Source: Octopus sinensis | Taxonomy: Eukaryota | DNA length: 64,000 nt | Assembly (NCBI RefSeq): GCF_006345805.1 | Contig: NC_043000.1 | Coordinates: forward strand, 162,750,001 to 162,814,000 | Direction of reading: 5' to 3' | Shown here: piece after piece, positions 28,994 to 41,954 of the stretch | Layout: each line of letters starts with the position of its first letter | Numbering within the stretch: position 1 is the first letter of the stretch | Made by a program: the position numbers and the translations under genes | The notes under the pieces: generated by a model | What the model saw: the letters and a program-made list of their open reading frames with translations, nothing else | What the model was told of the DNA's origin: nothing | The model's database searches: none

Positions 28994-30577
28994 TCATTGC
29001 TTTTTTTGATTGTCTAGGGGGATGTTGTCCGAATTTAGATATCTCCCTGCTTTACTTCCTTGTTTGGTGGATTTTGGGGATCTTTTCCTTTTACCCCCTG
29101 TGGCTATTTGCCATTCCGTCGAACTTTCGTCGTCCGACGTATCAGTAGAAGGTAAAGGCAAAGCATTTGCATTACTATGTATGCTTGTAAAAATTGTTGA
29201 TGTTTTGTGCAGTGTTTGTGTTGTTGTGGTGTTAGGGGTAGAATTTGTCTTCTCGTCACTGTTTTCTGTCTTTTTAATTGTCGTCCTCGGTGTGGGTGTT
29301 GGTCTATTTTTTGTTGATTCAACATGTTTAATTAGTTGTGACGTCAACGGTGATTGGGTTGGTACTGTTTCTTTTCTTGGTGATGTTGTTGGGGTTTGTT
29401 TGCTGGTTTGTTGTTTTTCTTGGCATTGTTCCATAATTGAGTGTGTTGGTGTTGGTGTTGGCAACAAGGGTTTTTTATTTGTTTTCTGATTTGTTCTTTC
29501 TTGGTTTTTCTGTAACAGAGCGCACTTGGCAATTAAATGTTCGGGGCTGCCACAGTTGTAGCATCTAGGCTTTTTGCCTTCTGCTACAACATATAGGCAT
29601 TGCCCATTTTCCAAGTGGATCTTATTCGGTAGGCTCTCGATAGAGGCCCCCTCAATCTGTATGGTCACCACTATTGTCTTCCCACCCCAAATGTCGCTAA
29701 AGTACACGGCGGTTTCCAAAATGTTGATATTTTTTAAATGGTAACAGATTGCCCCTGTTATCCATTTGTTAGGAATCTCGGGAGGTACATTTTTAATAGT
29801 GATTCTACTCACTCTCTGGTTTTTATAGTATGGGACCATGATGATTTCATCATTTCCCAGACACTCAGTAGAGTGAGCTTTTGCCACTTCCTGGTTAGGG
29901 AAGCGGACCGCTACCGTGTTAAACTGGGGACCCCAGTTTATATATTCTTTTTCTTTCATTAAGTTTTTTAAGCATTTTTCTACATCCGTTTTTGTAATCT
30001 GTTCATTTAGTTTTTTGTTTTTTTTTATAATTTTATAAATAATTGTCTTATTTTCTATTTCTTGCTTTATGTGTTGAGGTGTATGCAGCACTAAATCTTG
30101 TCCACGGGTTGTAAACAGAGCTCTTGTTTCTATGAGCTCTTCATTTGTAAATGTTACAATCTCCTTCTTCTGGCGAAGAGTGTCAGCGAAATTTACTGGT
30201 GTTGTTGATTTTTTTGTATTAACATCTTCACTATTAGATAGTTCATTTTTATTGTTGTTCTTGTTGTTGCTGTTGTTTTTGTCAATAGTTTTCGTGTGAG
30301 TTTTATTTTTATCATTTATGTTGGTCGTGGTAGTGGTGGTGGTGGTGGTGGTGGAGGTGGAGGCGGTAGCAGTGGTAGTCTCGTGGTTGCTGTTGTTAGT
30401 GGTGGTGGTGGTGGTGACAGGGCTGTTACCGCACGTGGTTGCAGCGTTCATTCCACCGATATTCATGTTTGCACTTTGCGTGCGTACGTTCTTTTTTTCT
30501 CCTAGCGTTTCCAGACTAGGAAAATGCTGGTCCATAAAAGAACGCGACCAGCGTTCTACAATAAAATTTCTCGACAT
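28994..30577 (-). CDS. Tx1-like ORF1 nucleic-acid-binding protein (527 aa; probably extends to 28687 past a frameshift)
   Basis: Long open ORF; CCHC knuckle CYNCGSPEHLIAKC; RRM-like ITIKNVPPEI; basic GGKRKR. Confidence 0.85.
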   Translation of the reverse strand: MSRNFIVERWSRSFMDQHFPSLETLGEKKNVRTQSANMNIGGMNAATTCGNSPVTTTTTTNNSNHETTTATASTSTTTTTTTTTTNINDKNKTHTKTIDKNNSNNKNNNKNELSNSEDVNTKKSTTPVNFADTLRQKKEIVTFTNEELIETRALFTTRGQDLVLHTPQHIKQEIENKTIIYKIIKKNKKLNEQITKTDVEKCLKNLMKEKEYINWGPQFNTVAVRFPNQEVAKAHSTECLGNDEIIMVPYYKNQRVSRITIKNVPPEIPNKWITGAICYHLKNINILETAVYFSDIWGGKTIVVTIQIEGASIESLPNKIHLENGQCLYVVAEGKKPRCYNCGSPEHLIAKCALLQKNQERTNQKTNKKPLLPTPTPTHSIMEQCQEKQQTSKQTPTTSPRKETVPTQSPLTSQLIKHVESTKNRPTPTPRTTIKKTENSDEKTNSTPNTTTTQTLHKTSTIFTSIHSNANALPLPSTDTSDDESSTEWQIATGGKRKRSPKSTKQGSKAGRYLNSDNIPLDNQKKQ

Positions 30578-30782
30578 TTTCTAATGTCGAGAAGAAAATG
30601 ACAGAAATGAAATGGGGTTGAAACTGCCCCTAGGGGCGAACTCTTCCCTTGGAAAATCATTCAAACGAAAGTTGGGTGCCTTACACACCTTATTTGCAAA
30701 AATGTACACAAAATATGGGCTATAAATAGTCAAAAGAAACGATTACCTTCGGAGCCGAAGTGACAGCACGTCCGTAGATGGA

Positions 30783-30790
30783 GAGATAGA

Positions 30791-30863
<73 letters not shown>

Positions 30864-30882
30864 GACAGACAGACAGACAGAG

Positions 30883-30946
<64 letters not shown>

Positions 30947-30947
30947 T

Positions 30948-31014
<67 letters not shown>
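30783..31014. repeat. (GATA/GACA)n flanking the Tx1 5' end
   Basis: Direct reading of the sequence. Confidence 0.97.
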
Positions 31015-31015
<1 letters not shown>

Positions 31016-31423
31016 TAACATACGTATATATTACATATATGCACGTATGTATGAATATGCGTATATATACTAAATTAATTTATGGTGCATTCTATACAGT
31101 GATTTTGAATAATTTGAAATGTAATGGATATCATTCTTAAGATCAAATTTTTGTTTTGATCACAATTTTTTTAAATCTGCAGCCAAAAGTGACGTTGGAA
31201 TCAATTTAATCATGTTCCTGCCAAGAGGGATTTTCGATGGGTAAGAAAATACTCATCTTTAGCTCAGGGCAGAAAAGGTGATTATAGACGTGGCATTAGT
31301 TTAATTAATCAGTCTAATTTGCATAAGAATGACAACATACAAATGAATTCATTCATTCAAAGTGAACTAAAGAGTGTTTGGGGATAATTTTTAAGGTAAT
31401 TTTTCTTTTTCTTTTTTTTTTGA

Positions 31424-31820
31424 ACTTGCTTCAGTCATTTGACTACAGCCATACTGGAGCACCGCCTTAAAGGGTGTTAGTCGAAGAAATCGACGCCACG
31501 ATTTATTCTTTGTAAGCCTAATACTTATTCTATCGTCCTCCTTTGCCGAACCGCTAAGTTATAGGGACACAAACACGCCAGCATCGGTTGTCAAGTGATG
31601 GCAGGAGAACAAACACCAACACACACACACACACTAATACATATCTATATACATATACAAACGACGGGATTCTTCCAATTTCCGTTTACCAAATCCATTT
31701 ACAAGGCTTTGGTCGGACCGAGACTATGGTAGAAGACACTTGCCTAAGGTATCACGCAGTCGGACTGAACCCGCAACCATGTGGTTGGGAACGAAGCTTC
31801 TTATCACACAGCCACGCCTG
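31424..31820 (-). mobile_element. Full-length SINE family A
   Basis: Head ggcgtggctgtgtgataagaagc, ggttcagtcc B-box-like motif, internal (TA)/(TG) tract, family-A tail. Confidence 0.9.
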
Positions 31821-33247
31821 AGTCTATATAATGAATATATTTTTTTTATATAACAATCTTCGCTATGGTAAGAATACTAATTGACTATACCATAAGTATT
31901 ATCTCATTGTGCACAGGCAACAAAAATAAGATTGATCTAAGTAGTTTAGAGTCATTTTAGACAGTCACTAAAAGAGACACCAATAATACCATAATGTGTG
32001 GCAGAAAACGGAAACCGCACGAAGCTGCGAAGGAAGCAGAGACATAGTGGAAATACAAGGGAGATTGTTGGAGTAGTCAAGGACGGCTAGGACTTGCCAA
32101 TTACAGCACAAAGAAGAGGAATAACACCAATACCAGGAGCGAGAGAGAGCTCTCAATGTAAATCATCTGTGACTCAACTGAGGGAAACTGCCGTGTGAAG
32201 GCAATAGGGCTTGCCCACCCGGCTCAATGGAAGCAGTATGACCAAGCACCTGAGTGTCCACTGACCTGGAAGGAACTCTGAAGCACCGACCAGGGAAGAT
32301 TGTTCTTCCTCCTTTGTGCTGTCCCTGACCTCTTGCCAACCCCAAATAGTCTTAAAATATGGGCTAAAGAAAGACCTATCCTGCAAGCAGTGCGGAGCAA
32401 CTCTTTGCACCATTTATTATATTTTAACCGGCCTATTTAGGGCCATAACCACCAAAGAGTATAAAATTCCCCCAAAAAGGCGACAAAGCACCCAAGGTGA
32501 AAGCAATGGTAGGAGACTCGTTTTCCATATTGTATTTTGTGTTCAGCCTCAGACCTGAGTGGCAGACGTGTCTTTGCAAATTCATGTTCCTGCTCTCTAA
32601 GAATAAAAAGCATCTATGGTCGAACTCATAGTGCCCTGGAAGAACACGCTCGATATTTCCGACCAAGAAAAGAAATCAATATATCAAGACTTAGACGAAG
32701 AATACACTATTAAAAATATATGTCATTGATTAGATAAGTTGGGAATAACAAAGACATTTAAACATTATTACTGCTTGGAATAAAGGAATCTAAGTAGCAT
32801 TCAAAATATGTTGTGAAAAAGTATTCCGGCCACCAGAGAGACAAACGTGTTTATTTCCATAATAAGTATCTTATCCAAATATCCAAATGTGTTTCTCACA
32901 GTATTCAAAGTTGTTTTTCCGCATTATTGAATTCCATTCTAACTCTAGTAATCAATACTGGTAATTCTAAATGTATAAGTGTATAATAAAATTCATTAAG
33001 GAGATTATGTTGAGAGAGTAATATTATACGGTAACATGAAATGCATCATATTCGTTCAGTCATAAAATGGTGTTGTAATACCTAACACTTGAAATGAATT
33101 TGAGCGGATGAGGGAGCGTCTATCTGGTTATTTGATTGCAAGACACAACAACCAGCACATATTCTCTCTCTCTTTCTTTCTTTCTTTCTTCCCCTCTCTC
33201 TCTCTTTCTCTCTAGCTATCTTTCTCTCTCTCCCCTCTCTCTTTCCA

Positions 33248-33281
<34 letters not shown>

Positions 33282-33434
33282 CTTATCTACACATCTATCT
33301 ATCTATTATTCTACCCGCTCTCTCTCTCCACATATTGCAAAGAAAGGATACATTAGATGACGCAGTATTATGTTCACATTTGGATTATACTTGACCATAT
33401 GTCTTTTCAAACAGCGTTCAGTGGAAGATAAATT

Positions 33435-33825
33435 GGGATGTCGTGGCACTCCGTCGGTTACGACGACGAGAATTCCGGTCGATCCGAATCAACGGAACAG
33501 CCTGCTCGTGAAATTAACGTGTAAGTGGCTGAGCACTCCACAGACACGTATACCCTTAACGTAGTTCTCGGGGATATTCAGCGTGACACAGAGAGTGACA
33601 AGGCCGGCCCTTTGAAATACAGGTACAACAGAAACAGGAAGTAAGAGTGAGAGAAAGTTGTGGTGAAAGAGTACAGCAGGGATCAGCACCATCCCCTGCC
33701 GGAGCCTCGTGGAGCTTTAGGTGTTTTCGCTCAATAAACACTCACAACGCCCGGTCTGGGAATCGAAACCGCGATCCTATGACCGCGAGTCCGCTACTCT
33801 AACCACTGGGCCATTGCGCCTCTAC
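33435..33825 (-). mobile_element. Full-length SINE family C with 12-bp TSD
   Basis: A box tggcccagtgg, B box gtttcgattccc, tail gtcgtaaccgacggagtgcca; TSD ggaagat(a/g)aatt at 33423-33434 and 33826-33837. Confidence 0.92.
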
Positions 33826-33849
33826 GGAAGATGAATTATAACAACTAAG

Positions 33850-33978
33850 AAAAACAACTTCGACAGTTGTATACAGTCCTAAATACCCTTAGATATATTG
33901 GATGGTCATGGCTGCAACGCCTTTGATTATAGGCTCATTCTATCGGTCTTCACTGGGAGCTAAACATCAACGACAACT
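33850..33978 (-). repeat. Unclassified dispersed repeat (copy 1)
   Basis: Reverse complement resembles 34618-34810 (gtttagc...ctat.atcaaaggc.tt.cagccatgaccatcc). Confidence 0.6.
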
Positions 33979-34149
33979 TGAATAACTCGTTCCCGTGTGG
34001 TTCGAACGCAGGACAAGTGTCTTCCAGAATTTGTTTAATTATTCAGTATATTAATGTTGTTGAAGAAGGTCATAGGTTGACATATTCTCTTCGGAGCGGG
34101 ATTTCAGCATTGGCTTCATGGAAGGAGGACAGATCTGGTATGAGATAAT

Positions 34150-34383
34150 TATATTATATGTAGGTGACATCAGGGTGTGGAAGCTTAAGAAAAAAATAAA
34201 CGTTTGTATTAAAGTTTTTAAGCTGGCTCAGGTTACACAAGGAAATATTTTTAATGTTAAGTTTAACATATTTCAGTAATGTGAATAACAGTTCAGATGG
34301 AGCTGCATTTCTGGACAGATGTATAAATGTCGATAACATAGTCGACCCTTGAGGTAGGTCAAAGTTGAGAAAAATCTGCTAGT
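34150..34383 (+). mobile_element. Possible Helitron 3' remnant
   Basis: Imperfect hairpin gacccttgaggtaggtc followed by ctagt. Confidence 0.3.
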
Positions 34384-34617
34384 ACACACTTGTTAATAGG
34401 AAACTGCTCATGAGAGACGAATAAAACTCATACGTGATAATGATCGAGAATGATCGAAGGATTTATGTGTAGCGAGAGCAAAACTATTGTTTCTCACTGG
34501 AATACTCTAGGATGGAACCAGTGATGCGTCATGTTAGAAACTGATCGCTCCATTGATCTGGCTCTAAAGAAAGCGTACGAAAGATACTGAAAAATAGAAA
34601 GAATTACTCAAATTGTT

Positions 34618-34810
34618 GACGCTGTTGTTTAGCCTCAGGATATTTAAATCAGATCGAGAAAACCTATGAGGAAAATCATTCCAGACATGACCATCCCGGT
34701 TTAATGTTATATAGATCTATAGTACCTAATGTGTCATTTCTTCATTTAAGATAATTGGGTTTAATTTAAGGGAAAATTGATCGCTATTTTAGCAAGTCGA
34801 GTGACCAACT
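34618..34810 (+). repeat. Unclassified dispersed repeat (copy 2)
   Basis: Related degenerate pieces also near 49320, 58560, 60140 and 61870. Confidence 0.6.
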
Positions 34811-37679
34811 CAGTTTGATGAAAAGAGTCTAATATGCTGGAAGTAAATTTAAGATTTCTGAAAGTAAACCATTTGGGTTTCATAGCATGTGGAGCTTTCG
34901 TTGTGTACGAAATGTGACGAGACATACTAAAGGGATAGTATGGTAACTGAAAGAGAGAGGAGGATAGTCAACAAGGAATTAGAATAGGAAACCAGACAGG
35001 CAGAGAAAGGGAAAGATAAAATATGACTGAGTAATTATTTAAGATACAATGAAAAAGATAGATTTACACCGTGAAGATTCATTTGTGTTTTTAGATTTTT
35101 CTGAGAATTTTGAAAGTCATTGGCATACACACACATACGCACACTTTCTTTTAAGCAAACACATGTAATTAAAAATTGACGGTTTCGGTAAGTCAGTAGA
35201 ATTAGAGGTAAGTGAGTTTGTTGTCAAAAACGACCGGGGTAGATCTAGAATGTCTGGAAACAGTTAGCTGAGTTGAAACTCCAGAGGGCCCATGGAATAG
35301 AAATAGTGTGATAAGATGACGTAAGGTGGAGTTTTTTTTATTACGTAGTGGTTAGATGAATCTGTACCAAACAAAGAGAGAGTGAGTGAGAGAGAAAGAA
35401 AGACATGCAGTAAGAGAGACACGCACAGAAAGGGAGAAAGAGAGAAAGCCAGAGAGAGAAGTAGTTCAATAAAAGATGAGTTTATAATTGAGGAAATATG
35501 GTCGAGTGTATTTGAAGTCAGGGCTCAAGGTAAGTATAACCAAGGCATCAGTAATGTTAGTGCAAGACCCCCCAAAAAGCCGTATGCATTGAAGCTGTCG
35601 AGAGTAACAAGTTTAAAGAATAGTGATTGAAGAAAGAAGTGCATAATCTTGGACAATTTGAAGAACTTCACGAAGGATAGATGCAGCAGACGAACTAAAA
35701 TGTTTGAAGCGAAGAGACTTTGGAGATGAGGTAACTGGAATTTTCTATTCTCGATGACCAGCTGTGTATGACCGGAAGAACTGTTTCAGTTCTTCCGGTC
35801 ATCACCATCTTTCTGAAAGACAGTGGGATATACAATATAACCTAGAAGTCATGCTGGAATGTGGAATGTAAATTGGACAACAGAATGATTCTTAGCAGAA
35901 TACTGTTTCGATACTTCCTCAACTCATTGCTAAATCAATAGTTAGATCATTAAGCTGAAATAAATAACACAGCTATTAATTTACATGCATCTTGTTACTT
36001 TACATTATTTTACCGCTCCTACAACGGCTTCTGGTGCTCTAAAAAAGAGAGCAATGTAAACCAACAGCATTGATTTCATCCACCTATCCTCTTCCGATCT
36101 AATGATTATTAGCATGCTGGACTAACACGCTGTCAGTTAAAATAAAAGCGGCTGCTTGTAAGAGAAATATTAACTGGTCTGTTGATATTTACATCTTTGT
36201 TAAAGAATAAAGGGTGAAAGTGAATCCATATATTTATATATGCATATGTGTGTGCATATGCATGTGTGTGTTGCTCAATCTACACATGGTAATGCTTTTT
36301 ATGCTATGGTTAACATACTTCAGTATTAAGTCCAGAGAAAACTTGATATTGCAGGCATCAATAAATATTCTAGTAAACATTATCTAAGTCAATTGAATTG
36401 AATGGTAAGTGAAATCGATATGTAGAGCATGGAAGAAATATTTAGCCTTGCTGTATTTTTGGACTTTCGAGACGAGTAGGTTCAAGAATTATTATGAAAA
36501 TGCATATGCCGTCTAAACATCGCATGCAGCTTAAGGCTTAGTGCTTAGCTAATATTTCATATGAAATATACTAGTTAAATTTTCCTTTGGACGATACGCC
36601 GAACGATCTGTCAATGTTATATGTCCGAGATTATTTCTGACGTCTAGGGAAACTGAGAAAGTATAGAATACAGTGTACTGCTCAGGAATTCAGTAAAACA
36701 TCAACAGTTGATTTGAAATCTTGACATAGGAAATAAAAAAGAAATGTACTATATTCTCTCGGTCACATTTATGTCACCATATGGGTTTCATTAATGGCAG
36801 GCAAGTGGAAAGTTGACGTTTGAAGCTTTTCACTCTTAGTCAATATCATTGGACTTAACGAGTGCTGTTTACTCGAGTTCTCTCTGTCTCTGTATCTCTC
36901 TAGATAGATTCAGTCAGTTTGGATTTGTTAAAAGTGTGTGGCTAGACTGTTTAACTCAAAGATATTAACAAAGCATTCCCTCAACACAGAAATTCAGATA
37001 CATACAGATACACAAAGCAAATCACAACACTTTGCATACATAAACAAATATATATGTGAATGTATGTGGCATGTATGCATGTGTGTGTATGTTTATATAT
37101 ACATATATATACATACATGCATACATGCATACATACATACATACATACATACATCCAATGCAAATGCGATATTTGTATATATGCAAACAAAATTCTTTAG
37201 GCTAACCCGTCTGAAACTTAATCTTCGATGTTGAGATCATCTGTCAGAGAGGCGGCTTAAAGTCTCCTTCACAATCCATATCGTCACCATCCTCATCAAC
37301 AAACATCAGAAACAACAACAACAAAAGGAACATCAATTGCAACTACTACTAATAATAATAAAGCCAGAGCTACAACGACTTTTAAAATCTAGGACGTTTC
37401 AGTATTCAGATCCGTCTTTTAATTCATGCTAAGTCTGTTTTCACTTATGTCTACTTAATCGGGACAAACCTATCCTAGATGCGCGTATGTGCATATGAAT
37501 AAGTGTACTACATGAACGTATGTGTGTATGTGTGTGTATAAGGGGGAGTATATGTATGTATGTATGTATGTATGTGTGTGTATGTTTGTATGTATATTAT
37601 GCATATATGTAATTTGTGTTTGCACAGATTTGAAGATGTATAAGATGTGCTAGGATTTGTTGATGACAACAAAGATTAT

Positions 37680-37785
37680 GGTGATGGTGATGATGATGAT
37701 GATGATGATGACGATGACGATGATGATGATGATGATAATGATGATGATGATGGTGATGGTGATGATGATGAAGAGGAGGAGGAGT
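37680..37785. repeat. (GAT)n trinucleotide tract
   Basis: Source of the poly-M/H/S ORFs. Confidence 0.95.
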
Positions 37786-38034
37786 GGGGACAAGAATTGG
37801 TGCGCATTTGGTGATGGTGGTTGTGGGCGTCAACAATCGAAACATAAAATTTATAACATAACAGCAACAAAGTGATTTACGGTGTATATCTAGAATCTAA
37901 ATTCTAGATTCATAAATCCTTGCTAAGCCCGGAGAAGTATTTCGGTGTTGAAGGAGACATGAACATAATCTACATAAACTCTAGGCATTGATGTTCTTCG
38001 TCAACTGAACCCGCATCTGTACAAGTGGACGCGT

Positions 38035-38285
38035 GCCGTTTAGTGTTTAGGATGTTGGACTCATGATCGTCAAATTGCGGTTTCGATTCCTGGACAGGAC
38101 GACGCGTTGTGTTTTGGATCAAAATTCTTCATTTCGCGTTCCTCCAGTCCACTCAGCTGACAAAACTGAATAATTCTTCGGTGGACTGGCGTCCCGTCCA
38201 ACTGGGGAATATATATACGCCATAGAAACCACGAAGCCGGTCCTTATGAGTCGGTATGACTCGAGAGCGTAACTTAAACTTTTTT
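38035..38285 (+). mobile_element. SINE with family-D-like head/core and a different (V-domain-like) 3' half
   Basis: ggtttcgattcc B box and ccagtccactcagctg core, then tggactggcgtcccgtcca...tagaaacc...ccttatgag. Confidence 0.7.
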
Positions 38286-39025
38286 ACATCTGTACATGAA
38301 TCCAATTTCTCTCTCTCCCTCTCCCCCTCTCTCCCCCCTCTCTCCCCCCTCTCTCCACTCTCTCTCTCTATCTTTCTCTCTCTGTATACTTTATATTCGT
38401 GTTTGTGATTCATGTCCCTGTGGGCGTATACACACGTGCAAACTAGCATACACACACACACTCACACACACAAACAAACATACATATAAATATACATGTG
38501 TGTGTCAGTGTGTATGTGTGTGTGTGTGGGTGTGGGTGTGTTATGTATGGTTCATATGTTTCTATAGTAAAAAAAATGACTGTGATAGATTTGTCAAACT
38601 ATCCTCATATTTGTTGCCTTCCGCTAATGTTGAAATCTCTACAATAATATTAATTTCCAACATAAAGCTCATCGTCTCAGAAGTGGGCAGAGGCTGGAAG
38701 TCTATTTAAACGTCCCGGTATTTCACTAGTATTTATGGAAAATTAATCGTTGCCCATGCGTGCAAATTCCCACCCACCCCTCTTTCCGACACCGATGCTT
38801 TCGAAGAAGGGTAAACATAATATATCTCAGAGTTAGTTTTGTCACAGCCGTTGACATCAGAACATACGCTGGCAGAGCATACAGCGCCGCAAGGCATTCT
38901 ATTCAATACTCTAACGCCTCTCTCAGCTCACCACTTTCAGAGATGCACACATATATATAAAACATCACACACGCACATACACACACACGCACGCACACGC
39001 ACACGGATATGTGTGTGTATGAATA

Positions 39026-39056
<31 letters not shown>

Positions 39057-39267
39057 ATCTGTCAGTCTGTCTGTTTATATGTAGATAGAGATAAATAGAT
39101 ACATAAATACGTTAATACACACACACATACCCATTTCTTATGGATATGTGTGTGTGTATTAACGTATTTATGTATTTATTTATCTCTGTCTAGATATAAA
39201 CAGACAGACTGACAGATAGATAGACAAACAGGCAGACAGAGAGATATTCATACATTCATACAGACAG

Positions 39268-39470
<203 letters not shown>

Positions 39471-39602
39471 AACTGAAAGACACAAGCATACATATCGACG
39501 GTCACAAGGGTGCATGCTTAGTAAATTTAGTCTTGGTATGCAACAAGGGATAGTGGTTTAAGAGATAGCTTTCTCTCCCTTTCTCTCTCTCCCTCTCTTT
39601 CT

Positions 39603-39637
<35 letters not shown>

Positions 39638-40339
39638 CCTCTCAAACATACAGGAACAACTTGACTGGTGTCGGTGATCATTGCTAGCCAATGAAGAAAA
39701 TCAGACGCATTAATTTACAGAGAGACAAATTACACCTACTTAGAGAAAATGCAATGGTCAGAAGATGCTGCTTTTGTTCACTTGAACATTCGTTCATTCA
39801 CTAGCTTTACGGTTAAATTAATCAAAGGCCTGAGACAGCATGATTTCGGATATTAAGCGTCTCCGGTGGTCAAGTTTGACCATACATATGCACAGGTATG
39901 CACAAGCTTGGGTAAAACATGTTTGAAGTTAACAGTTGTCAATGCATGCAAGATTACTCTCTCCATCTTCACATCATCGCCATCTACCCAAAGGAAAAGA
40001 CCACTGACTTGCGCAGATACTGCATGGCACCAGAATCTTGACAGGTGTTGGTGCCAGAAAGCAAAGAATCGTAACAGATACCGCAAAACATTTGGCCAAT
40101 CCCTCAAAGGAGTCCTGAAATTCCCCCAGCCTGAACTGGTACTTGAATTGTATAAAATCTTAAAAAAAAGAAAACTAAGTTCCCCACTCATCAACACTTT
40201 ATCTCCCTAAAGTTGACGAGTCCCTCCTTTTAGCATTCCTTTGATTTATAAGCCAGTAATTAAGAAACCTATCAGACATTAGACGGTGCCCTGAATATAT
40301 TAAAGAGTTTATTTGGATACAGACGTATTCGTTGTAAAA

Positions 40340-40830
40340 CAAGAGCAACTTCCTACCCGTCATAATTTATGTAGGTAATAGTTTTTTTTTTTACGGGAAT
40401 GAATATTTTCTCGAATTCTAACACTTTCAGGACATAAGATTTATAAATGGCTGTGTATAATCCTGCGATGTTAAATTGGCTAAATTGATATTTTGTTTTA
40501 TTCATTGTTTTGAATTTTTCTTTTTTTTTTTTTTGCAGTTGAACCTGATGGTAATGACATTGTGCTAGTTCCAGTGTAAAACATTCATGGTATATATATA
40601 ATTTTAGTATTTTAGATGTGTTGGTTATTATGCCTTGTTCGTTCAACACGGCGGTTATTTATTTGTATGCAATGGCGATTATAAAGTTGTCCTTTAATGC
40701 AGTGTACGATGCTAAGAAACAGACGACATGAATAAAGTCTTCGATGATTAATCTTGTAGCAATTACAGAACCTAGTAGAGCTAATAAAGATATCGTACGA
40801 ACTATTATGTAATTTCTTCCGGCACATCTC
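40340..40830 (-). pseudogene. Decayed Penelope-like RT fragment
   Basis: NKTKYQFSQFNIAGLYTAIYKSYVLKVLEF resembles the PLE RT 'FIQFDIxxFYPSI...KALxF' motif. Confidence 0.45.
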
Positions 40831-40910
40831 ATTCGAGGGATAGATTGATGCACATGCGTGTGTGAATGTGTGTGTGTGTGTGTGTGAATGTCTATGTAGG
40901 ATTGTAAGTA

Positions 40911-41280
40911 AGTGGCTGTGTGGTAAGTAGCTTGCTTACCAACCACATGGTTCTGGATCCAGTCCCACTGCGTGGGACCTTGGGCAAGTGTCTTTTACTA
41001 CAGCCTCGGGACGACAAAATCTTTGTGAGTGGATTTGGTAGGCAGAAACTGAAAGAAGCCTGTCGTATATATGTGTATGTCTGTGTTTGTCCCCCACCAC
41101 CACCACATCACCATCATCGCTTGACAAGTGATGCTGGTGTGTTTACATTCACGTAACTTAGCGGTTCGTCATATGTGACCGATACAATAATTACTAGGCT
41201 TAAAAGGAATGAGTCCTGGGGTCGATTTCTTCGGCTAAAGGCGGTGCTCCAGCATAGCCGCAGTCAAATGACTGAAACAA
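40911..41280 (+). mobile_element. Full-length SINE family A
   Basis: Head gtggctgtgtggtaag, CORE-like accttgggcaagtgtc, family-A tail. Confidence 0.9.
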
Positions 41281-41954
41281 ATGAGTATTACGACCCTAAC
41301 CACAGTTTCCCTCAGTAGTTATTGTGGTCAGCGAGTGTAACAGATACATCACATATACAACCTAGAAAAACTCAAGGCTGTATATGTGATGTAGAAAGTT
41401 TCCTATCGTCTGTCAGTTTAGGAGGCAAATCTCTTTATTCCGACAACTGTATATCTGCACAAATCCTCCCTCAAATTCTTAAGCATCTAATATTGCTCAC
41501 TGCTTAAACCACCTTAGTTCATTTTGTTCTTAAACGACTTACTGATGTGTGTAGTCGGTCGATGGACCGTCCGAAGAAATGTAATTTGGATATCTAATCT
41601 CGGCTTATCTCACACAAATCAACATATATATAACACAGAACACGAACTTGTACAAAGTAGTTTTAGGTTTGTCCACAGCAAAATAACCTATATATCAATA
41701 TAAACGTACCTGTATAAATAGAGAGTGGTGGGGGGAGACATGCATAAACATACATACATACATGCATACAAACATACAAACATACATATATACATATATA
41801 TTTAATCAATGAAAGTACAAAACGATCCAACTGGCTTAATTATAAATCTATGCGATTTAAACGAAAGGAAAGAAATGGCCTTAAATGTACGACAGAAAAA
41901 TGTTCCCCCGCACGAAGTTGTTTCATTGACTACTCACTCGTTAACTCTTGTTAT

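Noticed and set aside
28687-29010. Third ORF, or programmed -1 frameshift at A AAA AAG at the end of Tx1 ORF1
   Set aside because: The heptamer is in frame, but the -1 frame stops within a few codons. The open continuation into MDYITSS is the +1 frame, so a single-base homopolymer insertion (mutation or assembly error) is simpler.
31960-32670. Possible decayed LINE ORF1 pieces (also 39850-40210, 47700-47960, 58130-58410)
   Set aside because: Coding-like composition, but motifs are too eroded to assign without a homology search.
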